A stretch of DNA of 64,000 nucleotides. Source: Owenia fusiformis (Eukaryota). Below, piece by piece: positions 40,901 through 52,233 of the stretch. How positions within the stretch are numbered: position 1 is the first letter of the stretch; each line of letters starts with the position of its first letter. The position numbers were made by a program, and so were the translations under genes. The stretch lies in assembly GCA_903813345.2 (NCBI GenBank), contig CAIIXF020000001.1, forward strand, positions 7,874,001-7,938,000, in the 5' to 3' direction. The notes below the pieces were generated by a model, which had not been told where the DNA came from, searched no databases, and saw only the letters and a program-made list of their open reading frames with translations.

Positions 40901-41148
40901 GACAACTCAGAGTTATTTATTACATGGACATTTGTGTTTTATTTGTTTTCAAAATTAAAGTGTTAATAAATTATAAAACCTGTATATTTGAATTTTGTAT
41001 ATAAATGTGTAACCACCTCCCCTTTCAGTGAAAGCAGTACCACCAAACCAGGTCTGCGCCCACATAAAACCAGTGAGAATCCCATATTAAATAAATTGTT
41101 CGTGACCCGACCACAACCACACTACCAGATTTTGGCCAGGTCCGACAT

Positions 41149-41167
41149 TGGTGGCAGCGGTGGGATT
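41149..41167 (+). other. Primer binding site complementary to the tRNA-Leu 3' end
   Basis: TGGTGGCAGCGGTGGGATT, 1 nt after the 5' LTR, is the reverse complement of AATCCCACCGCTGCCA-CCA, the 3' end of animal tRNA-Leu(AAG-type) as recalled. Confidence 0.85.
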
Positions 41168-41203
41168 ATTTGCTGACGGGGAACAAAGAGCCGAAAGAAG
41201 AAA

Positions 41204-44119
41204 ATGGCTTCTAAACAAGTAGAAGGCACTGATAATGTGGTCTCCAAGATGGAAGGAGGAAGACAGGAAGAGGAGTCTGGGTTCTTCAAGGGGGACTATA
41301 CCCAAGTGGACATGGAACTAGATGACACAGTGCCAGGGTTTTGTGGAGTAGAATCTACAAGACAAGACGAAGAAAATTCACTTGGTGCAAGGTTCAAGAC
41401 TGGATCTGCCAGACACGGAGTAGACAGTGGAGTGATGTCGTTGACATCCAGTGTGCTGGAGGGCAGGTCTCCAGGAGTAAAAGTACTAATGGAACAGGAG
41501 CTGCAGAGTCAGCAACTCCAGATGTCTGTGTTCAGCAGCCAGATGAAGGCACAAGCACTGCAGAACAGAACTATGTATGAAGACCTGAGAAGAGAAGTGT
41601 ACTCGGGGCAGGAAGACCTCCGAAGAGAAGTACATTTGAGTAAAGAGGAGATACAGAAACAGATAGAGAGGCTGAATACAATCCAACAAGAGGCGCATCA
41701 AGAATTCAAGAGCTTCCTGTCTGAAATAGTACAGCGCCTCCCTGCTGCTAAAGTTGACAGTCGCTTGACTCCTGAGAACTTGGAGAAGGAGCAAATGATG
41801 AGTAGCAGAAATACGGTGACTGCAAACTTGGAGCCAGAGCAAAAGAGTAGAGTAAGTTCACCGGCCCATGGAGAAGTGTGCTCTGGAATTTATATGAAGA
41901 AACCCTCACTACAGAGACAAGATGGATACAGTGGGAAAGAGTTGGCATCACATCTCGAAAGGGCATGGGTACCAGATGCTAAGATGGGGGGTCATAGAGG
42001 GTTGGTATCAGAGGAGCGCCGGACAGGTTCCCATGAGCCATTGAGAGAGCCGGGAAGGTCTACTCCATTACTCCCTGCAGAGAGACAGAAGAGTACAGAA
42101 CACATCTCTAGGGCGCAGATGTCCCAGGGAGGAGATGGGGAGTACTATGTTACTGGAGACGTTGACAAGGGTTGGCAAAGGAGTAGATGCCATCTGCAAC
42201 AGCAACCTGCAGAGTCATATCTTGGACAGCTGGATGAAAGAAAACGAGATGACCTCACAGATTATGTTCCTGGGCTAGATTTGGATGAAGATAATGGACT
42301 TAGGCATCAGTCCAGAGTACTATTAGATGAAATTGGTACAAGACAGCGTTCAATAATGCAGGAAGATTCCCAGCCAAGTGGAAAGGTAGAAGATGGGTCA
42401 AGTTCAATGCTCATGGCCAAGCTGGTGGACATGTGTTCGAAGTTGATAGAGTCTACCAAGAGTTCTAATACTCGAACAAGAATAAAGCCCACGCAGACCT
42501 TTGATGGCAGTGTGTCATGGGAAGATTACAGGGCCTACTTTGCAACCTGTGTGGAGAATAATGGTTGGACTGCACAAGAGAAGAGGCAATATCTGGCCAC
42601 AAACCTCAGAGGAGATGCACAACAGTTGGTCCTGGAGCTGGATGAAGGATACTTCTATGAAGATTTACTCCTGGCATTGGAAAAGAGGTTCGGCCCTGGT
42701 GGGAAGGCAGATGTTTATGAGGCTGAGCTATGCAGTCGCGTCAGGAAGCCAAAAGAATCTCTTCAGAGTCTGGGACAAAGCATTCGACGCTTGACTACAC
42801 TAGCCTACCCAGAGATGAGCAGGAAGGCCCAAGACCGTCTGGCCAGAAGAAGCTTCGAACAAGCCATACCAGATGATGATCTACGACAGGCCATCCACAG
42901 AAAGGATCCAGAAACCCTTGACAAAGCTATTGAAGTAGCTATAAAAGAAGAAAGCTACCAAGAGTCTGAGAGGATCCGAAGAAACCTCAGACAAAAGAGG
43001 GATCACAAAATCTTGCAGGTTGACGAGAAAGATGATGGTAGTACTACATTGGAGAAAATGCTGGAGCTAATGGAGCAGAAGCTTGAAAAGATGAGTAAAG
43101 AAATAGATGCCATCGCAAAAAGAGGATCTTCAAAACGTGTATTCACCTGTAGAAAATGTGGAGTGGAGGGACATATCGTTAGACGGTGTCCCATGATAAC
43201 ATGTTACAATTGTAACCAACCTGGACATTTGTCATATGACTGTCCATTACCAGAGAAACCAAGAAGAGAGAGGCATCCATCGGGCACAGACAACATAAAC
43301 TCTATGAGTTCCGTGAGGTTCTTGGCTGATTTCAAGACCCAAGAGGAGAAGAATACAACACCTGATGTAGAAGAAATTATGCTGTGCTCCTCCAGCCAAC
43401 CACAGAAGAAGAATTGCTCACTAAAGAGTAAGCATACTCAGAGCAGGGATTTGGAGCAGAGGAGGAAGGAGGTGTTGTCTACTCCAAGTAAACAGCTTCA
43501 AGAGAGTAATTTCCGAAGTTGTACTCTGGGGAAGCAACCTCAAGTGAGGAGAGTTACTCAGAGTAACAAGGAGAGAGGAGTGCCTACTCAGACTAAGATG
43601 TTGCAAGGGAGAAAGAGAAGACAACCTCCTAGAAGTTATAACATGCAGAGTGAAATGAAGAAGGTTACTCCAGCTCCTGAGTCAGCAAGGAGTGATTATG
43701 ATGATTCTACTCATAGAAGCCCCCAAAAGAGTAAAAATCAGAGATGGCTGTTCAACAGGAGTAGAGCAAATGGGTGGATGAATAGAGAAGATGACTTGGG
43801 GAAGAGTAAAGATTCTAAGAGTAAGAAGTTGCCACCCAATGGGGAAGAAGGGATATTTTCAGTCCATGGATCCCGGGTGAGTAATAGAAGAAAGTCTATT
43901 TTTCGGGGAGAGGTGCCGATGAGTAAAATGAAGATGCCAAGATTGAAACGTGAAGGGATTGGTCTTACTTTGAGGAATAAGGAAGGAAGAGCAAGAGACA
44001 ACAGAGATGGGAGAAACCTCCAGGGTCCATCAAAGGAGCTAGTGGTCACTACGAGTACACAGACCGGCCGAGGAACAAAAACTTCTGCACCAGCCCATTG
44101 TGTGTGCCATAGAAAGTGA
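41204..44119 (+). CDS. gag: Gag-like protein, 971 aa: N-terminal coiled coil, capsid-like core, two CCHC zinc knuckles, long basic C-terminal tail
   Basis: Uninterrupted ORF with good start context (AAAATGG). Gypsy-Gag-like core IKPTQTFDGSVSWEDYRAYF...NGWTAQEKRQYLATNLRGDA...LEKRFG...RKPKESLQSL. Knuckles CRKCGVEGHIVRRC (43148-43189) and CYNCNQPGHLSYDC (43202-43243). Confidence 0.9.
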   Translation: MASKQVEGTDNVVSKMEGGRQEEESGFFKGDYTQVDMELDDTVPGFCGVESTRQDEENSLGARFKTGSARHGVDSGVMSLTSSVLEGRSPGVKVLMEQELQSQQLQMSVFSSQMKAQALQNRTMYEDLRREVYSGQEDLRREVHLSKEEIQKQIERLNTIQQEAHQEFKSFLSEIVQRLPAAKVDSRLTPENLEKEQMMSSRNTVTANLEPEQKSRVSSPAHGEVCSGIYMKKPSLQRQDGYSGKELASHLERAWVPDAKMGGHRGLVSEERRTGSHEPLREPGRSTPLLPAERQKSTEHISRAQMSQGGDGEYYVTGDVDKGWQRSRCHLQQQPAESYLGQLDERKRDDLTDYVPGLDLDEDNGLRHQSRVLLDEIGTRQRSIMQEDSQPSGKVEDGSSSMLMAKLVDMCSKLIESTKSSNTRTRIKPTQTFDGSVSWEDYRAYFATCVENNGWTAQEKRQYLATNLRGDAQQLVLELDEGYFYEDLLLALEKRFGPGGKADVYEAELCSRVRKPKESLQSLGQSIRRLTTLAYPEMSRKAQDRLARRSFEQAIPDDDLRQAIHRKDPETLDKAIEVAIKEESYQESERIRRNLRQKRDHKILQVDEKDDGSTTLEKMLELMEQKLEKMSKEIDAIAKRGSSKRVFTCRKCGVEGHIVRRCPMITCYNCNQPGHLSYDCPLPEKPRRERHPSGTDNINSMSSVRFLADFKTQEEKNTTPDVEEIMLCSSSQPQKKNCSLKSKHTQSRDLEQRRKEVLSTPSKQLQESNFRSCTLGKQPQVRRVTQSNKERGVPTQTKMLQGRKRRQPPRSYNMQSEMKKVTPAPESARSDYDDSTHRSPQKSKNQRWLFNRSRANGWMNREDDLGKSKDSKSKKLPPNGEEGIFSVHGSRVSNRRKSIFRGEVPMSKMKMPRLKREGIGLTLRNKEGRARDNRDGRNLQGPSKELVVTTSTQTGRGTKTSAPAHCVCHRK

Positions 44120-44546
44120 TGAGTAATGAACTCTTAATTTAGTTGCACTGATAGATCGGTGTTTACAAATTGAGGAGTAAAAGTTAAAATGGGTATATTT
44201 AAGTGATGTAGTTGTATATTAACAGTGATAGACAGGAGTATAGGAGTGATTTTAAGATGTTTGCCTGTAAAACATGTGTTTTTGTATGAATATTAGTGGC
44301 AAAGGAGCAGTTTTATTTAGAAACCTGTAGTTTATTGTAATGGTATTTTAATATGTGATAATTTTATGAAGAGATATTTAAGCTTTTTGAGTTAATGTAA
44401 GGTGATGATGAGTAATTGTAACATCATACACTCTGAGATGTTAAATGTTCGAATATGTTGTTTTTGTAGTTCATGGAATTGTGGATTAAGAAAGTTGGTT
44501 ACTCATTAGTTGAATAAAGAGTAGCAATGCGAGGGCACATTGAGTT

Positions 44547-44559
44547 AAGATGGGGGGTG
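44547..44559 (+). other. Polypurine tract
   Basis: AAGATGGGGGGTG lies immediately before the 3' LTR start TGTGGG. Confidence 0.8.
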
Positions 44560-47333
44560 TGTGGGAAATTTAGAAATTCCCCACTTATTTTTTATTTTAA
44601 TTAAAATGTAATAATCTTTGGTCAATTAAGAAGTTTGTTTTTATATGTCAGTAACACTTCATGTGCTAAGAGTAAACTAAGAGTAAGTGCAAATCTCAAA
44701 GAGTAACTTAGGAGTAACCATGAACTCAAGGAGTAAGCTGGGAGTAAGAGTAAGAGTAACCTTACTCTTTGCTTGTGCGGGAACCCTTGCCCTGGAATTG
44801 GTCAACCCATAGGAGAAATAGGCCACATGGTTATGAGTCATCAGCAATTAGAAGCTACTTGATTGACATTGCCATGGTGATTTCCCACAATGCATCACCA
44901 AATGCAGTAAACACACCAGCTTAGTCCAGCTGTAGCCAATCAGATCGCTTCCTTATGCATCTCATTAGAGGGTTGAGACAGCACATGATCTGATCACCTG
45001 ATGTTAGTCTGGCTGGAGTAGTTGAAGTGTAAGGACCTGTAGTGTCATTTACAGAAGCTGGCTCAAGAAGTTGATGGAAGATTGTGATTTTCCTGGTGGA
45101 ATTGATGTCAATTCAAGGAGTGTTGAACTCTCAAAAGGAGGATAGAGTTTAACCAAGTGACGGACGGAGTTTATTGGATTATTTCACACTGTTTGTGGCT
45201 GAAACAGACAGTGACACGTGGATATTTAGCCATTTGGCCAGAGATGTTATTGGCGTCCAGGGAGAGCTGCTAGGGAGATTGCAGTCTAGAGGCGCTTAGA
45301 GGACGTTTGTCAGAGTTTGTGAGTGTTAATCTAGTTTTATAATTCCTTTTTGTGATAGAATTGAAAGGTTTTAACTTGATTCTTTGTAATTCAGCGTTGA
45401 TGTTGGCGGTTGCATCATACAGTTCCCACAATCCCTTGAAAGCCCGCCATCTTGGATGACTTCCGGTCCACGTGTAATTCCGCCATCTTGTATGACTTCC
45501 GGTTCACGTGTGGCTCAAGTCTAATCTCAGAATTTGATTGACATTCTTGAGTCTCACCAAGAGCAAGTCTATTTGTGGGGTAGCAGATTTATTTCCATGT
45601 GACTGGTAATTTGGGTCTAATCTCATAATTTGATTGATATTCCCGAATTACTTGTCTGGAGGAGTGTTTTTGGAACAACAGGGATTCCAACTGAAGTGAT
45701 CGTTTTATTTCCTTTGAGGGCAGATAGTTGGGTCTAATCTCAGAATTTGATCGATATTCCCAATCTATTCGCCAAGAGGAGTAAAGAGGAGTAATCCAGA
45801 GGAAAGAAGAGTAGCCTGGGCTGAAGAAGAGTAACCCTGAGTAGAGCAGACGAAGGAAGAGTAAATCGGAGTCCTCATCGCAGAGTAGAGGCGAGCGGAG
45901 TAAAGAAGAGTAACCCAGGCTGAAGAAGAGTAACCCTGAGTAGAGCAGACGAAGGAAGAGTAAATCAGAGTCCTCATCGCAGAGTAGAGGCGAGCGGAGT
46001 AAAGAAGAGTAACCCAGGCTGAAGAAGAGTAACCCTGAGTAGAGCAGACGAAGGAAGAGTAAATCAGAGTCCTCATCGCAGAGTAGAGGCGAGCGGAGTA
46101 AAGAAGAGTAACCCAGGCTGAAGAAGAGTAATCCTGAGTAGAGCAGAGCAGAGTAAAGAGTAAAGCAGAGTGGATAGCAGAGACGAGGGTAGAGCAAAGA
46201 GTAAGCAGAGCAGAGCAGATTAAAGAGTAACCAGGGCAGAACAGAGTAAACCAGAGCAGAGCGGAGTAAAGAGTAAGCAGAGCAGAACCAAAAGGAGTAA
46301 AGAGTAACCAGAGCAGAATAGAGAGAAAGCAGAACAGAGCAGATAGGAGTAGAGAGTAACCAGAGCAGAGAAGATAGGAGTAAAGAGTAAGCAGAGCAGA
46401 TAGGAGTAAAGAGTAACCAGAGAAGATAGGAGTAAAGAGTAAGCAGAGCAGATAGGAGTAAAGAGTAACCAGAGCAGAATCTGAGTAAGCAGAGCAGATA
46501 GGAGTAAAGAGTAAGCAGAGCAGAGCAGATAGGAGTAGAGAGTAATCAGAGCAGAATCCTGAGTAAGCAGAGCAGAGCAGATAGGAGTAAAGAGTAAGCA
46601 GAGTAGAATAAAGAGTAAGCAGAGCAGAACAGGGGAAAGAGTAAGCAGAGCAGTGCAGAGTAAAGAGTAAGCAGAACAGAATAAAGAGTAAGCAGAGCTG
46701 AACAGGGGAAAGAGTAAGCAGAGCAGAACAGAAAGGAGTAAAGAGTAACCTGAGCAGAACAGAGTAAATCAGAGCAGAGAGGAGTAAAGAGTAACCAGAA
46801 CAGAATAGAGAGTAAGCAGAGCAGAGCGGAATAAAGAATAACCAGAGCAGACCAGAGTAAAGCAGAGCAGAGCGGAATAAAGAGTAACCAGAGCAGAACA
46901 GAGTAAAGTAGAGCAGAGCGGAATAAAGAGTAACCAGAGCAGAATAAAGAGTAAGCAGAGCAGAACAGAGTGAAACTAAAGCAGAGTAAATGATGTCAGA
47001 GAACAGAAGAGTAAAGCAGAGTAACCCCTGAGCAGAGTGAAGAAGAGTAAAAGTAGAGCAGAGTGCAAACAAGAGAAGAGCAACAAGACAACTCAGAGTT
47101 ATTTATTACATGGACATTTGTGTTTTATTTGTTTTCAAAATTAAAGTGTTAATAAATTATAAAACCTGTATATTTGAATTTTGTATATAAATGTGTAACC
47201 ACCTCCCCTTTCAGTGAAAGCAGTACCACCAAACCAGGTCTGCGCCCACATAAAACCAGTGAGAATCCCATATTAAATAAATTGTTCGTGACCCGACCAC
47301 AACCACACTACCAGATTTTGGCCAGGTCCGACA
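44560..47333 (+). repeat. 3' LTR (2774 bp)
   Basis: Near-identical copy of 38374-41147. Candidate polyA signal AATAAA at 47151-47156. Confidence 0.95.
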
Positions 47334-47925
47334 ATATATTTATGAATTTGTTTTATACAAATGTGAAAATATAAGTGAGATTATACTGCAAGTGAAACTA
47401 ATTTATTATACAATATATTTATGAATTTGTTTTATACGAATGTGAAGATATAAGTGAGATTATACTGCAAGTGAAACTAAGTTATTATACAATATATTTA
47501 TGAATTTGCTTTATACAAATGTGAAAATATAAGTGAGATTATACTGCTAGTGAAACTAAGTTATTATACAATATATTTATGAATTTGCTTTTATGAATGT
47601 GAAAATATAAGTGAGATTATACTGCATGTGAAACTAAGTTATTATACAATATATTTATGAATTTGTTTTATACGAATGTGAAAATATAAGTGAGATTATA
47701 CTGCAAGTGAAACAAAGTTATTATACAATATATTTATGAATTTGCTTTATACAAATGTGAAAATATAAGTGAGGTTATACTGCAAGTGAAACTAAGTTAT
47801 TATACAATATATTTATGAATTTGCTTTATATGAATGTGAAAATATAAGTGAGATTATACTACAAGTCTCTTGAAAGCCCATGGTGAAACTAAGTTATCAT
47901 ACAATATATTTATGAATTTGTTTTG
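47334..47925. repeat. 79-bp tandem repeat, right part (~7.5 copies)
   Basis: Same unit as 38228-38373, period 79 (47393, 47472, 47551). It resumes in register after the TSD. Confidence 0.95.
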
Positions 47926-49944
47926 CTATTGTAGACAGTACACGAGAATGAAGCATTGACTGAATGTCTTTCACCTAAGTCTATTCTACATATTGTAGAT
48001 AGAATACTAATATTAAATAAATTTCATAAGTACTCGTACTATCGTAATTTATGACCAAGAAATGTGTCAAAACAAATGGAAAACTCACTTGTAAATCAGA
48101 TTTTATGAGGGAACTTACATATTTATGCAACAAGTGGTGATGTAGGCTAGTATTCAATTCATAAACATACTAGCAACCTAGCCATTCGAGTTTATCCCAT
48201 AAACATTGACCTTGACATTAGAATGACCTTCATCTCTGGCCTTCTTTGAATACCCATTGACCCACTTATGTTGACCAAGTATGATGACCCAAGATTAAAC
48301 TGTCAATTGGGATGTCTGGACAGACAAAGAGACATAGAGACGGAAGACTGTGTTTTATAGTGAGAAGAATAAACTGTAATAAGGAGATTTATCAACACCC
48401 AATTTCTCACTATTATCTGGCACATATAAATGAATGGGTATCACATCAACTTAAGGGAGTCATCAGGATTGTGCATGATACTGTCCAAGGAATTCCCATG
48501 ATATCCAAGAGAACTGTCTTTAATTCATCAATTTAAAACCCAGAAGACCAGATAAATGCAAGTAATCATTATGTTATTCTGGTCAAATGCCCAATAGCAT
48601 CATCAGTTATACTAACTTATTACAGCTTATTTCTAAAATCTATTACCACTAATGTGATAAAAATCTAGTTGGTTTATATAATTGTTGCTGATTAAAATGA
48701 AGCTTTCCTATTCCATATTGCTTTGTGCAATGAATGTCTTAAGGTACAACCAATGTCCAATAGAAATCCTCTGAGAAGTCAATGTCGCACCACCAGACCA
48801 CATATATCTCCAATCACTGACTAAGGGATCAATGCTTAATATACAAGGAAGCCTGGGAAAGTAATATAGTTGTAGTAGTTGGATGTTTAGGAAGTCACGG
48901 GAATTAAATGCATCAAATAGTGCAGATGGCATATAGGTTTGACGCTACATCGCGGGGAGAATAAGAAATAACTTAGGATTACTCTGGACAATCTGGTGAG
49001 TGTATGCACAAAGAGCAACATTAAAGACAAAATATCAAATAAAAATACATACATTTTTGATAAATTAAAAATACTACTTACTGCATATTTTTAATTTAAT
49101 TTTTGATATATCAAGATTTTTTATATATCAGATAGTTTTTTTATCATTTTATTTCGCCTAAAAGTGACATTTACTTAAGTATATTTAGTTATATAATATT
49201 TATATTTGATTAAGTTATATATAAATACCCGAAATAGGAATAAAATTGGGTTTCAAAGGTTTCATTTAAGGAATACCTGGGAAAGGATTATTTTCAAAAT
49301 ACAACTACGTACTTATTTTAATTATGTCTTTCCTGCTAATCAGATGATGAACATTGGATACAAATATAGATATATGAATATTATTAGATACAAATTACAA
49401 TTATTTTAAATTTTTTCTTTATTTAGCAGAAATTACCACTATATTTATGATGATTCAACTTAGCTGAACTGACTCAATATTTTCAAAAATAACCTTATAA
49501 TTTCTCATTTCCCATTAACAAGTATTTATCAATAATAACAATTAAAATAAATCCCTTTATTATTGTCTATGAATAATTCTAGATAAATTATATATATTTA
49601 AGAATTCATGCACAAATTTGCTTTGCCTGTGAAATATGTCACTAGTTTATGAATCGAGACTGTAGATCGAGGTTTAAAGCTAACATACGATTATAAAAGT
49701 AATATATCATACACAAATCCTAAGATTAAATCCTTTTTTACACATTGGAAAACAGTTTCATATAAATAAATACAATTCAACTACAGCAAGGTAGGAAGGC
49801 CGCTTTGAGATCTTGCTGGCAACAAGTTTCTATAAGGCTGTTCCAGAAGTGTACATTCTCCTTCTAAATCTAACTCTTATTTTATTTGTGCTTTGATACT
49901 CTATTAGCTTAGAAGGAAAATCATAAATTGTCCACCCTTATGAT

Positions 49945-50470
49945 ATATAAGGGTTATGTACTGGGAGGTTTTGGATACAGGGCTTATCCCAAGGAAAGTA
50001 CGTGTATGGACATATTTCCCGTGGGATAAATCCTGTATCCAAATCCGACCATGCATAAGAGATATATTCTATACCTCCTGAGGTTCCAGGTATATTATAC
50101 CTTATAAAGTTCCAAAATTCAAAAATGTACTTGAGGTACACATTTTCTTAAAAAGTAGTTTGAAAAGTTTGTGAGATTTTCACATTCATATATTGCTGGA
50201 GCAGATCAACGATATTAAAATCTTAAATATACAGCATAAGTTTGCAATATAATGATCTTTATTTCATAAATTGAGCAAAACAAAATTTGAGTTTGCTTTT
50301 CAGGAGTGGGACTGAGATGGATACAGCATGTATTTTATCCCAGTCCCAGACCTTAGTGATAGGTCCCTAAATGTATATTTCCACTCGTTATGTACCTTCA
50401 ACCTCAATAGGTATGGAATACATATATACTGGTATATATACCTAATTTCGTCTGCTTTTTGGATAAATGT
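49945..50470 (-). mobile_element. Interspersed repeat, reverse copy of 32760-33270
   Basis: GTACTGGGAGGTTTTGGATA, TTTGTGAGATTTT, GGAGCAGATCAA and TTGAGTTTGCTTTTCAGG are reverse complements of blocks in 32760-33270. Confidence 0.7.
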
Positions 50471-52233
50471 TCTCGTACTCCACAATTGTGCCCTTATTCA
50501 CTAAATCTAGGCGAAGGCCAAAATAGCCATTCATATGTTGTACAAATATAGAATGGCTAATGTGTTTGAATTGGTCAAAAAGTGATATTATAGTGCCCAG
50601 CTATGTGTGAAGCTATTAGAACATTAATATATTTATGTGTACTGAATCTGTAGATGTATGTTTGTTGTCTCATCCCAGGATCTCTTTGACAATTGTTTAG
50701 TATGAATTCAATTTGTTTTGGTATAATCAAAGGTTTAAAAGAAAAATACCATGGTGAAGTTTATATGCTCCATAGAGACTTTCCTTTTATGCTTTTGCAA
50801 TGTCATACTTTGCGATTCCCCACTTCGCCACTTTTGGTTCAGCTTAATTGGGCATATTAAAACCAATTTTCCGCTTTTTTGTTCTGATGTTTATACCCTT
50901 ATTCACGTCTGGATTAACTTCCTGTCTACAGTAAAACCTGTATATCCAAACACCTCTCTAATCTGGACTACTCTCAATGCTTTTTGTCCCATTTTTAAAT
51001 CTACCATAGCCCTATAGACTTTTACAGATAAAAAACTTCAAATGTGAACACCTGCCAATCAAAACACTTTTGGCCGATGTAAATGACATTCAGATAAGAC
51101 AAGTTTTATGTTTTTGTAAAAGGGTGGTACTCCAGATTCTGATTCAGCCCTAACTATAAAAGCAACCATAAAACTAGGATAACATTTGTAGTAGTGATAT
51201 TTGATTAATGACCCATCATGAGTCAGATTGATCCACTTACAAAGAAAAAAGCTAATTCAAGGATTATACAATCATAAATAATGGTCGTTTTGCAGCAAAT
51301 GGATTAATAAAGTAAATTTTATGTAACCATAGCACCAGAGGAATGATGTCTTTAAACATTCTGCATAGCAAAGATATTGCCTGTTGTCTGACTGAAATCC
51401 CTATTAAATGGAAATTGGGAACTAGAAAATGGTAACTTTGCCAGCAGCAAATTCAACATCCATGATTTTGAAGGACAGAGAAAAAGACATGACTTACCAT
51501 GATGACTTATTCTCTCATAACTTGTATGATATTGTATATTACCCTGATCTTTGTGTGTATGCAAGGGTGGCTTTGGGAGTCCATCTGGGGGTTCAAAATA
51601 GGAATGGTACTTTATGGATCCTTTTTGCAAAACTGTATAGTAAAGATCAGGGAAAATTGGCTTGGATCCTTAAAATAAGGCTCTTTAGTTTGGGTCTACC
51701 TCTGGGTAATTCATATATATTTGGGTGACCACTTTTCCAAGCTTTGTACACCAATAACCATTAGCATGGGCTTGAAAGCCCATGCCATTAGGCATTAACA
51801 TATTTGTAAATATCTAAGCACAAGTACCAATGGGAGAGGACCAGAAACTGTAAAGAAAGCTAGCAAGAAAAGCAAACTTAAAGTGTCAACCTGTCATAAG
51901 AAAAATAAACATTATGTATCCCAAAGCCATGATCTAATGTGAAAAGAAATAATGTCTGAGACCCTCCTCCCCCATCAACCGAGAGCCAATATCACAATCC
52001 AGAACCAGAACACCAAGGGACATTTTATTCATAGTAAAGTCATTACAATATATCTTGAAGAAAAAGCTGATCACCAATACTCATGACATCAAAAATAGTT
52101 GTAGATACTAGTACTCATAAAATGATGTTAGATAAACGGAACCCAGTTCCGAACTCCATAGGCAATTCAAAGGGACAACATTCATTCGCACAGTCATCGC
52201 TATAATCCATAAAACACAATAATTTACAAACTA

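Larger units (their letters stand above)
38374..41147 (+). repeat. 5' LTR (2774 bp)
   Basis: Starts TGTGGGA and ends TCCGACA. Co-linear with the 3' LTR at a constant offset of 6186. Only one substitution was noticed (T39926 vs C46112). Confidence 0.95.
38374..47333 (+). mobile_element. Full-length non-autonomous (gag-only) LTR retrotransposon, Ty3/Gypsy-like, 8960 bp
   Basis: TG...CA LTRs at 38374-41147 and 44560-47333, TSD ATAT (38370-38373; 47334-47337), PBS, PPT and a single Gag-like ORF. The 3412-bp internal region has no RT, RNase H or integrase. Confidence 0.95.

Noticed and set aside
41149-41167. tRNA gene
   Set aside because: Only 19 nt complementary to a tRNA 3' end including CCA, with no cloverleaf. 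It is a PBS.
41204-44119. Domesticated host Gag gene (Arc/PEG10-like)
   Set aside because: It is flanked by near-identical LTRs with a TSD, so it belongs to a recent mobile insertion.
38374-47333. 2.8-kb direct repeat as a segmental duplication or assembly error
   Set aside because: TG..CA ends, PBS, PPT, TSD and in-register interruption of the host repeat all fit a genuine LTR integration.
51890-52030. Similarity to 60760-60915 as a duplicated exon
   Set aside because: Diverged, with indels and stops. More likely decayed interspersed repeat fragments, and the family cannot be assigned.
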